From sequence record NC_052983.1: a stretch of 58,536 nucleotides of DNA; one strand, 5' to 3'. This document shows, one piece after another, positions 1 through 9,955 of the stretch. The notes under the pieces are model-generated. The model was not told the origin of the DNA and did no database searches. It saw only the letters and a program-made list of their open reading frames with translations. Position numbers and translations under genes: made by a program. The DNA comes from Escherichia phage E21. The first letter of the stretch is position 1; each line of letters opens with the position of its first letter.

Positions 1-1128
1 TAACGATGCTGCGATGTGGCGTAGTAACGACTCCTCAAAGTCCGTGCCGATCCCGCCGGGAGTCCCCATCGGTTTTAAGTTCAACTTAGTGCCGGGCATT
101 AAATGCGGGATCTTGGCGCCGTCTATTTCCATGTTTTTAGCAGTCGCGTAGTACGATGCTGCGTTCGTCATCATCTCATGGATAATCTCGCCGAACGGAC
201 GTTGCCCTAAACCTAACTGAGCGTAAACGGCTTCCGGTGGTAGCTCCGACTCAATTGCGGCTGCATACGAGGCATTGATTACCGCGTTTTGTAGCGTTAT
301 CTCCTGAAAGTTCTTAGTCATTCTAATGGTCTTCAATGCTGCAACCATGTCTGAGATACCGCGATTTTGGTGCGGGAGAATTTGCTCCATGATGTGAATA
401 ACCTGTCGACGTCCCCACGGTTTGCGTGATGGAACATATCGCCACATTTGATTCTCACCGTTGATTAAACTCTCTCCCGGGAAACTGTTTTGAATGTAGT
501 ACCCGATTGGTCGTCCGAACGCATCGACATGAACACCGCCTCGAATGTTTTTCGTGTTGGCCGAGTTATTCGGGTTGCTCAGTCGATGCGGGCTAATCAT
601 TTGAATGGCCGTATTGAAAGGACGACCTGCGGTTCTTGACCATTCTGCCGATGCCAATACTTCACCGGAAATCAGTGCTTGGGCCACCGCGAGGCGAACC
701 AAGCCGGTAAAAGAATTGCGTCGTGTGACATCAAACCAGTTTTCCGTTGAGTCCGCAGCCACGTTGAATTTCGACTCTACGACGTCTTGAAACTCCTCCT
801 CCCATGCTTCGGCGTCAGCTCCTTTTAGTCCTAGCGCGGACAAATTCGGCTTAGCGTTTAGCATGTATTGAGAGCCGACGATATTATCTCGATGTATCGA
901 TACGGCACCGGACGCAAAACCGTCATTCTGGATAACGTTTTGAACCCGGGCATCGGCTAATTCTTTTTGTCCGCCGTCTAATTCCTGATCCGGAGAGACT
1001 ATTGCGGGCGTCCAGCGATACATTTCTCGCGAGTTTCGCTGAGCACCCTCATAACCGCCTTGTGCTTTAACCTCCGGGGGATTGTTCGCACTTCTCGCGA
1101 CAAGTTCCTTGATTGATTTCATGCTCAT
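1..1128 (-). CDS. portal protein (lambda gpB-like), N-terminal 376 codons; gene crosses the window junction and continues at 58021..58536
   Basis: Minus-strand ATG at 1128 (MSMKSIKELV...), open to position 1; exactly 376 codons, in frame with the minus ORF that runs off the window end (junction reads ...RHIAASL|NLSYEQFSRDY...); sits between W-like and S49 protease genes as in lambda. Confidence 0.85.
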   Translation of the reverse strand, partial: MSMKSIKELVARSANNPPEVKAQGGYEGAQRNSREMYRWTPAIVSPDQELDGGQKELADARVQNVIQNDGFASGAVSIHRDNIVGSQYMLNAKPNLSALGLKGADAEAWEEEFQDVVESKFNVAADSTENWFDVTRRNSFTGLVRLAVAQALISGEVLASAEWSRTAGRPFNTAIQMISPHRLSNPNNSANTKNIRGGVHVDAFGRPIGYYIQNSFPGESLINGENQMWRYVPSRKPWGRRQVIHIMEQILPHQNRGISDMVAALKTIRMTKNFQEITLQNAVINASYAAAIESELPPEAVYAQLGLGQRPFGEIIHEMMTNAASYYATAKNMEIDGAKIPHLMPGTKLNLKPMGTPGGIGTDFEESLLRHIAASL

Positions 1129-1403
1129 TAGAATAACGCCCCTAGTGGTGCGGAAATTGACCCGAAGCCGACACCGCAATTACAGATCGGGTCGTTCGGG
1201 GCTAACTGACAAATCTGACGTTGTAGCCCGGTAAGATACGCAAGTAGACTCTGACGGTTAGCTGCGGTGAATTCAACACGTTCGCTATTTTGGTCGACAA
1301 ACACTCGGCCAGACACCCCGATTTGTAAATCGTGATATGCTCGGCTCGCTTCAACATATCGCTGTTTTAATACTGCGAGAGTTTCATCGCATGGACGGCT
1401 CAT
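1128..1403 (-). CDS. head-tail joining protein (lambda gpW-like)
   Basis: 91-aa ORF between TerL and portal; segment VFVDQNSERVEFTAANRQSLLAYLTGLQ resembles gpW core ([22 protein letters not shown]) from memory. Confidence 0.55.
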   Translation of the reverse strand: MSRPCDETLAVLKQRYVEASRAYHDLQIGVSGRVFVDQNSERVEFTAANRQSLLAYLTGLQRQICQLAPNDPICNCGVGFGSISAPLGALF

Positions 1404-1415
1404 TTTATTACCTCT

Positions 1416-3491
1416 CTATCCTAATAGTTCACCTAAACGGCTAAAGTCTAACATCGGTCGAGGTTGAAAGGCGAATGGTTTTTCTTCCTCGGGTTCCCTG
1501 ACCATCGTATTATTATCCCATTCCTCCGCCCACGTTGGGGGGTTGTCCCAATTTATCGACTCTACTCGTAATAACTCCGGAGACGTACAAAGGCCCAAAC
1601 AGTAGTAGCTTAAGTCCCATGCTTCGTTTCGGGCTTGCGCTAAATTCTCCCAACCTTTCGCGGTTCTCGTTTCGGCGCATAGCTCCGAGAAAAATTCGTC
1701 CGGTAATTCCCTAGTCATATTATAATAGCCCTTGTGAGGCTCAATACAATCTAGTCGTCCGTTTAATGCGTCTTTCAACAAGTTCGAGTTTAAGAATAAT
1801 ACCGGGATTTCTCCTCTAGCTGCATTCTTATCGTTTTTCCGGTTAGAGTCCGGATAGCTAATACGGGTTCTCGGGTCTGTTACTCGTGTGCCACCTTTCA
1901 ATAAGATGAAGCGAGCATGTTTATTCTTTGTCTTCAAATATCGATAGAACGCGTATGCCATGCCGGTTACGCCAGATTTACCCCCGGAGTCACAACCGGT
2001 CATCTTAATTGACATCATTCTACCGCTACCGTCTGACAACGGATACTCTTTATCTATTACCTGTTTTTCGATAAGTTTCCAGTCTTCTTCGTATGTCGCC
2101 GGCTGTAAGATCATTGCGTCGCCGTCTTCGTCCTTACGCTCCGACTTGTTGATGAAGAACCGGTCTATAACATGAGTGTCATACGGTGAACCCGGGGAAA
2201 TACCGAACACCTGTACTACGAAGCTATTCAATTGAACGTCTATCGTTGCTACGAGGAATCGAACGTCATTCGGAACCATGCCTAGCGGGTAATCTGATGA
2301 CCGGCTTTTCAGTGCTTCCGGTGCGCGGACTGATTCTAACGACTTAGGCTGATACGGCTCACCCATGTTGTTATTCCAGAATTTCTTCAAGGCTTCTTCT
2401 GAGTACGTCCGTTGATATTCGTCAAGGGCATCGAGGTAGATGTTTACCAGTTTTTGCCATGTCGTAAAGGCGGCTGCCGTACCGCGGAGCCAGTAAGAAA
2501 TGAAGTCGGTATGAGGGGCTTTGCCCGTAAGTCTCCCGCTCTTATCAACTTTACAACCCTCCGGAACCCACACTCCGAATAAATTCATTTCAAAGCGTTC
2601 GTCGGGGTGGATCAAACAACCACATTCCGGGCATACCATTTGTACGGTTTCTGCTTTCTCTCGGTTAGATAGCTGTTTTCCGTTGTCCCACGTTAGATGC
2701 TCGAATTTACCCTCGAAATATTCGTCACAGTGAGGACACGGCCATTGCCAACGTCGTCTATCCCCACGGTTGTAAAGCGCAATAATACCGGTACACGGCG
2801 GAGCCTCATGCGGTGACTTAGCTATCCAGTGCGGGTCAAGAATCTCTCTCGACGGGGACGATTCGGCCATAGTCATAGCAAACGAACCAAAGGTTGTTGT
2901 ACGCTGTGTTGCCAAGTCAAATGGATTACCATCACCGCCGATATCGTCGTCCATACGGTCAAAGTCGGTCATCAATATTCTTGGAACCGGTCGTCCGGCC
3001 AATTCGGTCACGGTAGGGTATGTGATAGTTAACATCATACCTGTAATGTATTGTTTATCGAATTTATTGTCGGTGTCTCTACCTTTCAACAATTGCTCGC
3101 CGATTAGCGGGCTGTGTCGGTGAAGACGATCAATACGTCGCATAGAAAAGTCTCGGGCGGCTGCCATTGTCGGACAGAATACCATTGTATCCATCGGTGA
3201 GACTTTGATTGAGTATGACACGCCATTAATGATAATCGCGTCGGTTTTACCTGACTGTGCCGGGCCTACAAACGCCATCTTGCTGTGATTGCGCGAAGTT
3301 AATACGTCCATTGGTTCGACCATATACGGCGTTGTTGTATTCAACCACGGGCCTACATACGACCCGGGAGAATTTACATATCGATATTGAGATGCTGCAT
3401 TAGAAACGGTCAACCTTTCCGGGGGTCGTAAGTTATCCGACATCTTGACCGCGATCTCAAAGAGATTTTTGTATTTAGCCATTCTTGCCAC
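1416..3491 (-). CDS. terminase large subunit (GpA family)
   Basis: 691-aa ORF with Walker A-like GPAQSGKT, followed by W-like and portal genes in lambda order. Confidence 0.9.
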   Translation of the reverse strand: MARMAKYKNLFEIAVKMSDNLRPPERLTVSNAASQYRYVNSPGSYVGPWLNTTTPYMVEPMDVLTSRNHSKMAFVGPAQSGKTDAIIINGVSYSIKVSPMDTMVFCPTMAAARDFSMRRIDRLHRHSPLIGEQLLKGRDTDNKFDKQYITGMMLTITYPTVTELAGRPVPRILMTDFDRMDDDIGGDGNPFDLATQRTTTFGSFAMTMAESSPSREILDPHWIAKSPHEAPPCTGIIALYNRGDRRRWQWPCPHCDEYFEGKFEHLTWDNGKQLSNREKAETVQMVCPECGCLIHPDERFEMNLFGVWVPEGCKVDKSGRLTGKAPHTDFISYWLRGTAAAFTTWQKLVNIYLDALDEYQRTYSEEALKKFWNNNMGEPYQPKSLESVRAPEALKSRSSDYPLGMVPNDVRFLVATIDVQLNSFVVQVFGISPGSPYDTHVIDRFFINKSERKDEDGDAMILQPATYEEDWKLIEKQVIDKEYPLSDGSGRMMSIKMTGCDSGGKSGVTGMAYAFYRYLKTKNKHARFILLKGGTRVTDPRTRISYPDSNRKNDKNAARGEIPVLFLNSNLLKDALNGRLDCIEPHKGYYNMTRELPDEFFSELCAETRTAKGWENLAQARNEAWDLSYYCLGLCTSPELLRVESINWDNPPTWAEEWDNNTMVREPEEEKPFAFQPRPMLDFSRLGELLG

Positions 3492-4059
3492 CTACGGTAC
3501 TCTCTTTGACTTCCGTCTTAGCCCGGTCTCCGAATGCCTCAACGAGTGTTTGCGCCATCTCATTTAGCGCGCCGTCTATCATTTCCGTGATGCGGGTTCT
3601 TTGATGATCGGTGAGGGTGGATTCACGTTCCAGTGAGTCCGTTACTAAGAGTAATGACATGCGTAAGTGTTTAAAAGACTCCGACATTAGCGCTTCTACT
3701 TGGTCGGTAGGCCATAGCTCACCCTCTCTCAACTCGTAGTCCTGCTTAGCTTTCATTCCGTTCCAGAACTCTTTAGAGAGCATTTTAGGAAGCTCGTTGG
3801 GGTGCATTCGCTTAATGTAGGTTTCGACATCATACAGGGGCTTTACTAGGTATGGCGCCACTTCATTTAATTTGTAAATCGGATACCCGCCTCGTTCCCC
3901 GCAAGGAGGAACTTCTCGGATCTTGGGCGTAACGTCTCTACGCTCCATGTTAAATATCTTTGCGATCTGAGTAATGTTAACCCCGTCGAAGATCATCGAC
4001 TCGGATTCACGGTCTAGCTGATTGCTACGACGTCTTGTTGTTACCGGTGCCTTTGCCAT
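3475..4059 (-). CDS. terminase small subunit (Nu1-like, N-terminal HTH)
   Basis: 194-aa ORF directly upstream of TerL with 17-nt overlap; N-terminal region (ITQIAKIF...GERGGYPIYKLNEVAPYL) resembles Nu1 winged-HTH; true start may be the internal Met (MIFDG). Confidence 0.55.
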   Translation of the reverse strand: MAKAPVTTRRRSNQLDRESESMIFDGVNITQIAKIFNMERRDVTPKIREVPPCGERGGYPIYKLNEVAPYLVKPLYDVETYIKRMHPNELPKMLSKEFWNGMKAKQDYELREGELWPTDQVEALMSESFKHLRMSLLLVTDSLERESTLTDHQRTRITEMIDGALNEMAQTLVEAFGDRAKTEVKESTVGGKNG

Positions 4060-4061
4060 AA

Positions 4062-5585
4062 CTAAACTTCCTTTTTCATCGCTTTTCTGAGATCACGTAA
4101 GGTCTTCAAGGCCCAATCTTGGTTTTCTTCCTTACGTCTCAGATTGTTATAAACGTGGCGGTCGGCTAGTTGGACTGTTCGGCCATCTTCATTTGTTCCG
4201 ACCGCAACTAAGTGGTGTACTGTTACTCGGTGCTTTTGACCTTGCCTATCGAGCCGGCCGATAAATTGGTCATAGTTCTCGAACGAATACGGAATGTCAT
4301 AGAAAAGAATTGTATGTCCGCCCCGCTGTAAATTCAAGCCGTGCCCCGCACTTTGAGGGTGTGCCATGTAAACTTTTATTCGCCCCGCGTTCCATTGTTT
4401 TATGTTATTTCCGTCTTTATCCATCTCGACGATATCCGGGAATCGGGCTAATATTCTTTCTCGTGATGACCGAAAGTGATACCCAAGGAAAACATTCTTT
4501 CCGGCTTCCTTTGCTTCTTCCAGAAACACTTCGAGCGCGTCTAGTTTCTCCTCGTGGATATCATAGATGTCGGTCTTCCTTATCGGCTCCTCGTTCTCAT
4601 CTATCCCGTCATAGTACGTGTTGTAAATAACGCCGGAGCACATTTGTAGCAGTTTCAATGCGAGTATCGCTGCCGATTGCGCTTCCACTATGACGTTTTC
4701 CGCTTCGGGTATCATCATGACTAAATTCTTTTGGAAGTCGAAATACTCCTTGGTGATCTTCTTATTGAGTTTTACCGGGATCACCTTTGGCTCATACGGT
4801 ACTCGATCGAGATAGTCTTCTGCTCGCATAACTACGCATATATCTTTTATCTTTTCTAAGATACGCATCTCCGTATCTTCTCTCGGCTTGATGCTGTGGT
4901 TATACGGGTTGTACTCGAAGTATTTATCCCTAAACTTATTGAAGCTACGGCCGAACCGTTTACCGTAATCAAGTAAATATATTTGAGAAAAGAACGAAGT
5001 AAATCCCTCGCCATTTGGGGTGGCCGTCAACTCGATTAGTCGTTTTATCCTCGGTCTGACTTTAGTTAAGTCCTTAAACCGCTTAGATTTGTGAGACTTA
5101 AAGGAACTCGACTCGTCTATGACCACCATATCGAACGGCCACTTGCCTTTGTAATAGTTTACTAGCCAGCTTACATTCTCTCGGTTTATGGATACGATAG
5201 GACTATTGCTATTTAGTACCGCTAGTCTTTCCTTGGGTGTTCCGACTGCCGGCGTTACTTTATACCCACATAGATGACCCCACTCCATGAATTCGTCCGG
5301 CCATGTTACTTTAGCCACCCTACGAGGGCCTATAATGAGAACTCTATCTACTTCAAAGTTATCAAGTAAGTCGGCGATCAGCGTTCCGGTTATTACGGTT
5401 TTGCCTATACCCATTTCGAGGAATAATCCGCAGAATGGAATGTCATGCGCCAGTTGTCGGGCTTCAACTTGATACTCGTGTAAGTCTTCCCGTTGTCTTT
5501 CAACAAGTTTTCTACCTTTCCTGATTTCTTCAAGTAGGTTAACTTTAGTCTTCCCAACCGTACGTTTCGAGAATTTCTTTCGCAT
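4062..5585 (-). CDS. SNF2-family (SF2) helicase
   Basis: 507 aa; Walker A GIGKT, DExx-type VVIDESS, motif III TATP, motif VI GRLDRQGQ. Confidence 0.8.
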   Translation of the reverse strand: MRKKFSKRTVGKTKVNLLEEIRKGRKLVERQREDLHEYQVEARQLAHDIPFCGLFLEMGIGKTVITGTLIADLLDNFEVDRVLIIGPRRVAKVTWPDEFMEWGHLCGYKVTPAVGTPKERLAVLNSNSPIVSINRENVSWLVNYYKGKWPFDMVVIDESSSFKSHKSKRFKDLTKVRPRIKRLIELTATPNGEGFTSFFSQIYLLDYGKRFGRSFNKFRDKYFEYNPYNHSIKPREDTEMRILEKIKDICVVMRAEDYLDRVPYEPKVIPVKLNKKITKEYFDFQKNLVMMIPEAENVIVEAQSAAILALKLLQMCSGVIYNTYYDGIDENEEPIRKTDIYDIHEEKLDALEVFLEEAKEAGKNVFLGYHFRSSRERILARFPDIVEMDKDGNNIKQWNAGRIKVYMAHPQSAGHGLNLQRGGHTILFYDIPYSFENYDQFIGRLDRQGQKHRVTVHHLVAVGTNEDGRTVQLADRHVYNNLRRKEENQDWALKTLRDLRKAMKKEV

Positions 5586-5832
5586 CGTTTAAATTATCCA
5601 CCCAATATACTAAAGCCCCGTAGCGCTTCATCTCGGCCATGCGTAATTCTTGTTGCTTCGACGGCTTCTCTCCGGGGCGTTTGATTTCGATAAAAACTAC
5701 AAAACTGTTTTTAATGAATATCCGGTCTGGTACGCCTCGTTTACCGGGGCTAGTAAATTTAGAAACCCACCAGCCTCGGGCCAAAGCGTATTTTCGGATA
5801 TCCGATTCGACTTTGCTCTCTCTAACAGTCAT
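5545..5832 (-). CDS. VRR-NUC domain nuclease
   Basis: 95 aa; GVPDRIF...FIEIKRPGEKPSKQQ matches the VRR-NUC PD-(D/E)xK signature; overlaps helicase start by 41 nt. Confidence 0.7.
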   Translation of the reverse strand: MTVRESKVESDIRKYALARGWWVSKFTSPGKRGVPDRIFIKNSFVVFIEIKRPGEKPSKQQELRMAEMKRYGALVYWVDNLNDAKEILETYGWED

Positions 5833-7865
5833 TAATCTTTACGGTAAAAATACCCCTCCCACCCTGCTGCTCCTAATGGTAGTCCCGGCGCCCACGATAT
5901 CGGTGCTGCCATACAATCAATGAGGTCGTCTAGCCCTAACAGGTCATCTTCGTCGACTTCCGTTATGATTTCATCGTGAACGTGGAATACGATATCGAAA
6001 CCTATTTCTTCCGCATTAAACATGCCGTTTACTAGGACATCTCTTGCTATGGCTTGAACGATATTCTCAATCAATTTCCCGCCGTGCGTGGTTTGAACAC
6101 CCCAACCGCCTTGATCTTTTTTACCCTCGTACATTATTTCTTGACGAGTGTACGTCTCACCTCTGCGGTTCTTGTAGGTGTTTGTTACTAAGCGTGGGCG
6201 GTAGTAATAAAGTTTCCGCCCCGATGGCAACTTAATCCATAAGAACGGTTTTTTAAACCCGAATACTAACGATCTCCATCGGGTTGTCTTGTGCGTCTTA
6301 ATGGTGGTTTTTACGCAATCTTCAAGTTTATACCAACCGTCAACAATCTCAGGGCACAACTCTCGGAATGCGTCTACCGAAGCGTGAGCCTCCTCTTGTG
6401 TTAGCATGACTCCCATGTTTTCACCGTAACCCCAAAGTCCGGTTTTCTTACCGTCAATAAGTTCGCCACCGCCTAGTCGATATCCGCAACCTAGTGTGGC
6501 CGGTTTTGCCTTTCCTCGGAATGGGAGGGTGTCTTCGTAAGGAATTTTTAGCCATGCTGAGGCGAATGCGCGATATAAGTCTTTTTTAGCCCGCAAGGTA
6601 TCTAGGAACCACTTACAGCCGGTAAGCCAACCTATTACTACCGATTCAATTGATGACAAGTCCGCTACAACGAAGCGACGACCTACCGTTGGGATTAGTG
6701 CGGATCGTAGTAGCCCCGGCAACATATCCATGGGTTCGCCAGCAAAAACGTTTAAAGCCCACATGTCTTGGTCGAGAACTAGCTTTTTAGCGATTTCCGT
6801 AGCTTCGACGTCTTCAAGTATCTTCGGTGTTCTTACGAAGTTGTGAGTTTGTAAGCCCCGCCCGGCGAATCGTCCGGTTCGAGAACCCCCGTAGCATTGA
6901 ATTGTTCCGCGTACCCTACCGTCGTCGTTTTCAATATCTAACATTTTGTTGTATTTCTTTAGAGAGGTTTTGTTAGATTTACGACGAAGTTTAAGAACTC
7001 GACACGCTTTTTCTGTGATCCCATTGTCCGGATACTCGTTTATGACTTTTTTCACGGTGTCAGCTAATAGGTCGTTGAACGGGTATCCCTCTTGTTGTAG
7101 CCACGCTAATAGTTGTTTCTGAGACCCGGGATTGGCTAGCCCTGTAAGTTCTCGCATTTCATCGATAATCTGTGGCTTGCGTGTCTCGGCCATCTTTATT
7201 GCTGCTTCGATGAAGTCGTTATCGATATTTATTCCGCGGTCATTAATTTTCTGGTCTAACGCGTAAACTTCCCACTCAAATTCGATCATGTCATACTTGA
7301 TGTCACTCAGACGGCGGTCGATATTTTCTTCGGCTATCACGTCTTGTCGGCAATAGGCTCCGAATGCTTCCCATTCTTCCGGGTGTGATTCCGCATCGTG
7401 TCTTGTACTTTTGTCGAGTTTAGTTGGCTTTCTTGGTTTACAAAATTTCTGAATTAGGCGTTTACCTGCTGCGTCTTTTGCTTTATCCCCTTTAAAACCT
7501 AGAGCCTTACCAACCATGTCTAACCCGCCGGTAAAACCTCGGTGGTACGCAGCCACCATCGTACAACGCCAGACGTCATACGGTGTGTCGATACCTAGGA
7601 CGTGTTTAGTGATCAACCGCTCAAACTGCGCGTTGAATGCCCGTTTTATGATGTTATCGTCGCGCAAATATCCCTTTAACTCGTCTAAATCTTCTTCGGG
7701 CATTGTGTTGTCCCAAAAACCGATTTCGTCCGAGTCAGTAAACTTCCACGCTACCATTAGAATTTCAGTAGACGGGTGCTGTGCATACTTGTGACCGCCT
7801 ACTTTCTTTATGTCTAGTTCGCTATATGTTTCATAGTCAAAAATTAACGTTCTTTTCGATTCCAC
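5832..7865 (-). CDS. family-A DNA polymerase with N-terminal 3'-5' exonuclease
   Basis: 677 aa; exo I motif FDYETYS, motif B-like RGKAKPATLGCGYRLGG, motif C HVHDEII; GTG start at 7865 preceded by GAGGAG. Confidence 0.9.
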   Translation of the reverse strand: MESKRTLIFDYETYSELDIKKVGGHKYAQHPSTEILMVAWKFTDSDEIGFWDNTMPEEDLDELKGYLRDDNIIKRAFNAQFERLITKHVLGIDTPYDVWRCTMVAAYHRGFTGGLDMVGKALGFKGDKAKDAAGKRLIQKFCKPRKPTKLDKSTRHDAESHPEEWEAFGAYCRQDVIAEENIDRRLSDIKYDMIEFEWEVYALDQKINDRGINIDNDFIEAAIKMAETRKPQIIDEMRELTGLANPGSQKQLLAWLQQEGYPFNDLLADTVKKVINEYPDNGITEKACRVLKLRRKSNKTSLKKYNKMLDIENDDGRVRGTIQCYGGSRTGRFAGRGLQTHNFVRTPKILEDVEATEIAKKLVLDQDMWALNVFAGEPMDMLPGLLRSALIPTVGRRFVVADLSSIESVVIGWLTGCKWFLDTLRAKKDLYRAFASAWLKIPYEDTLPFRGKAKPATLGCGYRLGGGELIDGKKTGLWGYGENMGVMLTQEEAHASVDAFRELCPEIVDGWYKLEDCVKTTIKTHKTTRWRSLVFGFKKPFLWIKLPSGRKLYYYRPRLVTNTYKNRRGETYTRQEIMYEGKKDQGGWGVQTTHGGKLIENIVQAIARDVLVNGMFNAEEIGFDIVFHVHDEIITEVDEDDLLGLDDLIDCMAAPISWAPGLPLGAAGWEGYFYRKD

Positions 7866-7886
7866 GGTCTGCTATCTCCTCAATAC

Positions 7887-7928
7887 AAAAAAGGCCCCTA
7901 TTACGGAGCCTTGAACGGGGCGAACCCC
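7887..7928 (-). terminator. intergenic hairpin(s) with U-run (possible attenuator/terminator between DUF2815 and polymerase genes)
   Basis: Minus RNA GGGG-UUCG-CCCC tetraloop hairpin, alternatively GCCCC...GGGGC followed by CUUUUUUG; then the RBS GAGGAG. Confidence 0.35.
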
Positions 7929-7929
7929 T

Positions 7930-8535
7930 TTAGATGTCGTCTTCTTCGCCTTCACCCCATTCGTCTTCGTCGTCCCACGCTTCGGAATCATCGATTCTTT
8001 CAGCACCGAACGGCTCGCCGTCTTTGATGAATTTGATTGAACGGAGGTTAGCGTTAACTCGTTTTCCGTATTTGTTATCTTGAACCCAAAGACCAATCAA
8101 GGCACTAACATAGCAACCGCCGTATAGGATTTCTTCAATATCGTCTACGTCGATTTCTTCTTTGTCAGCATCTCGACAAACAGGACGTTTCTTTTCCCGG
8201 GCGGAGATAACAAACATATTTTCACATTCAGGTTTGTCCGAAAATTCTTCGTCACCATCTTTGATGAAATACTTCGATGACGGGACTTTCACTTTCGCGT
8301 TTTTCGCTGTTTTAGCTGCTAAATCTTTTAAGACTTCGGCTGTTTCAGAATGAATGTCCTTGTCTAATAAGAATGTAGCACCGAACTTTTTACTGCCGTC
8401 ATCACCCTCTTGTGGTGTTGCTAAGTGTGGGTATGACAAGCGAACATTATCAATTCGGACGTGGCCGTCTTCATAGATTACCGCTACTGTTTTACCTTCA
8501 TGTTTAATACGTTTTACTGGTTTAAGTTTTGCCAT
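7930..8535 (-). CDS. DUF2815-like protein (putative ssDNA-binding)
   Basis: 201 aa with highly acidic C-terminal tail (EWGEGEEDDI); sits between DUF2800-like nuclease and polymerase, the usual DUF2800/DUF2815/PolA arrangement. Confidence 0.5.
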   Translation of the reverse strand: MAKLKPVKRIKHEGKTVAVIYEDGHVRIDNVRLSYPHLATPQEGDDGSKKFGATFLLDKDIHSETAEVLKDLAAKTAKNAKVKVPSSKYFIKDGDEEFSDKPECENMFVISAREKKRPVCRDADKEEIDVDDIEEILYGGCYVSALIGLWVQDNKYGKRVNANLRSIKFIKDGEPFGAERIDDSEAWDDEDEWGEGEEDDI

Positions 8536-8566
8536 TTTCCGGTTTACCTATTTATCGATTTTCGGT

Positions 8567-9895
8567 TTAATCGTCCCAAACTTCTTGATACTTCTCGTTT
8601 AGGTCTTTTCGTGGGTCGTCCTCTGTAACTAACGTCGGTTCGCCCGGTTTTGTAAAAGTCAGGTCAGACAAGATGCTTTTAACAACATCTTTATCATATC
8701 CTAGCTTTTTCAATAGTGTTTCGGCCTGTTTCGGGGATATCATCTTTGTGGGGTTTATTTGACTTTCGTCTAGCCCTACAAATTCTAGTTCTTCCGTGGC
8801 CGTGGACTCCTCAACAAACTGCCGAGTCCCTCTTTTCGCTACCATCTTCAAGCCTTTTATCGGCTTACCCTCCATGATCCGTTTTGATGCTGCTTTCTCA
8901 ACATCTTTGAACCACTTCTCTATCGGCTTGCGATGTGGGTATATTAACGAAATTTCCTCCCATGTCAATAGGGAAGTCTCTTTTAATTGTAAATTTAGTT
9001 CTTCTCTGAGGAGATCTTTTATACTTGCCATGTCGTCCGCCGAGTATCCGAATGGGTTAGGGCTGTATCTGCCGTTCTTGAGATCTAGTATTCTTGCGAA
9101 GTTCGCCGGGCATTTGTAGGATATCTTACACCACTCGCAAGCCTTTTCACTTGGGTAACGTAGAGCGTCCATACTCCACGCTTCTTTGGTGGCTTTTTTC
9201 ACTCGCTCCCCGAAAGCGATAATCTCCGAACGGGTCATCTTAAACCGGCCAAAATTATATTTTCTCGGTTGACAGATACGGATCTCTATATCTTCGAAGT
9301 GATACTTTTCGTCGAACTCTCTAAAGAATCCGTATGCGTACAATTTCAATTGAGTATTGTCGTCAGTAGAAACGTGAATGAATTGCCCGTATTTCAAATC
9401 GGTTATGATTAATTTACCGGGTTGGCATACAGCGTGGTCACACGTACCGCCTTGTCGGATAAACTTAATCGGGCTTTCATCTTCCCCGTTTAGCTCGTCT
9501 GCGTCCGGGTTGGCGATCGGCATTAAGTCCGTGAACCACACTTTAGTTTCTACAAACTGATCGCCTTTGTTCTCACCGCACATCTTAATGTATTCTTGAA
9601 GATACTCGAACATTTCGTGGTCGACCGGGATCTCGAATCGATTTCCGTTCTCCTCGTGTACCTGAGTTGTATTTAATAAGTGGTCGGGCCTGTTCCCGGT
9701 TCTCAACCACTCCTCAGCAATAGCGTGGGCGATGGTTCCCTCGGCTGCCTCGAACCCGGCTGAATCTTCCTCCAAGATGCTAGGTACTAGCGACCCGGGG
9801 CAATTCATCCAAGTTGCGGAGTATGACGGTGCGAATATCGAATGTCCGTCATTTTCGCAAGCCAACATAAGTCGATGTAAAAATGATTTATCCAT
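8567..9895 (-). CDS. DUF2800-like PD-(D/E)xK nuclease with Cas4-like Cys cluster
   Basis: ITDLKYG (D..K) motif plus C-terminal CEWCKISYKC cysteines; start moved from the track call (9931) to ATG 9895 (MDKSF), which has RBS AGAGG and lies 3' of the terminator hairpin. Confidence 0.75.
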   Translation of the reverse strand: MDKSFLHRLMLACENDGHSIFAPSYSATWMNCPGSLVPSILEEDSAGFEAAEGTIAHAIAEEWLRTGNRPDHLLNTTQVHEENGNRFEIPVDHEMFEYLQEYIKMCGENKGDQFVETKVWFTDLMPIANPDADELNGEDESPIKFIRQGGTCDHAVCQPGKLIITDLKYGQFIHVSTDDNTQLKLYAYGFFREFDEKYHFEDIEIRICQPRKYNFGRFKMTRSEIIAFGERVKKATKEAWSMDALRYPSEKACEWCKISYKCPANFARILDLKNGRYSPNPFGYSADDMASIKDLLREELNLQLKETSLLTWEEISLIYPHRKPIEKWFKDVEKAASKRIMEGKPIKGLKMVAKRGTRQFVEESTATEELEFVGLDESQINPTKMISPKQAETLLKKLGYDKDVVKSILSDLTFTKPGEPTLVTEDDPRKDLNEKYQEVWDD

Positions 9896-9909
9896 ACTAC
9901 CTCTAATAC

Positions 9910-9935
9910 AAAAAAGGGACTGCCTAAGCAATCCC
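9910..9935 (-). terminator. rho-independent terminator
   Basis: Minus RNA GGGAUUGC-UUAG-GCAGUCCC (8-bp stem, one G.U) followed by UUUUUU. Confidence 0.65.
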
Positions 9936-9955
9936 TATCATTCAGTTAGTTGATA

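Noticed and set aside
9895-9931. N-terminal extension of the DUF2800-like ORF as called by the track (start 9931), and similar extensions at 29156 and 52081
   Set aside because: Extensions run through a terminator hairpin or a promoter, or use a TTG directly after a terminator; internal ATGs with good RBS were preferred.
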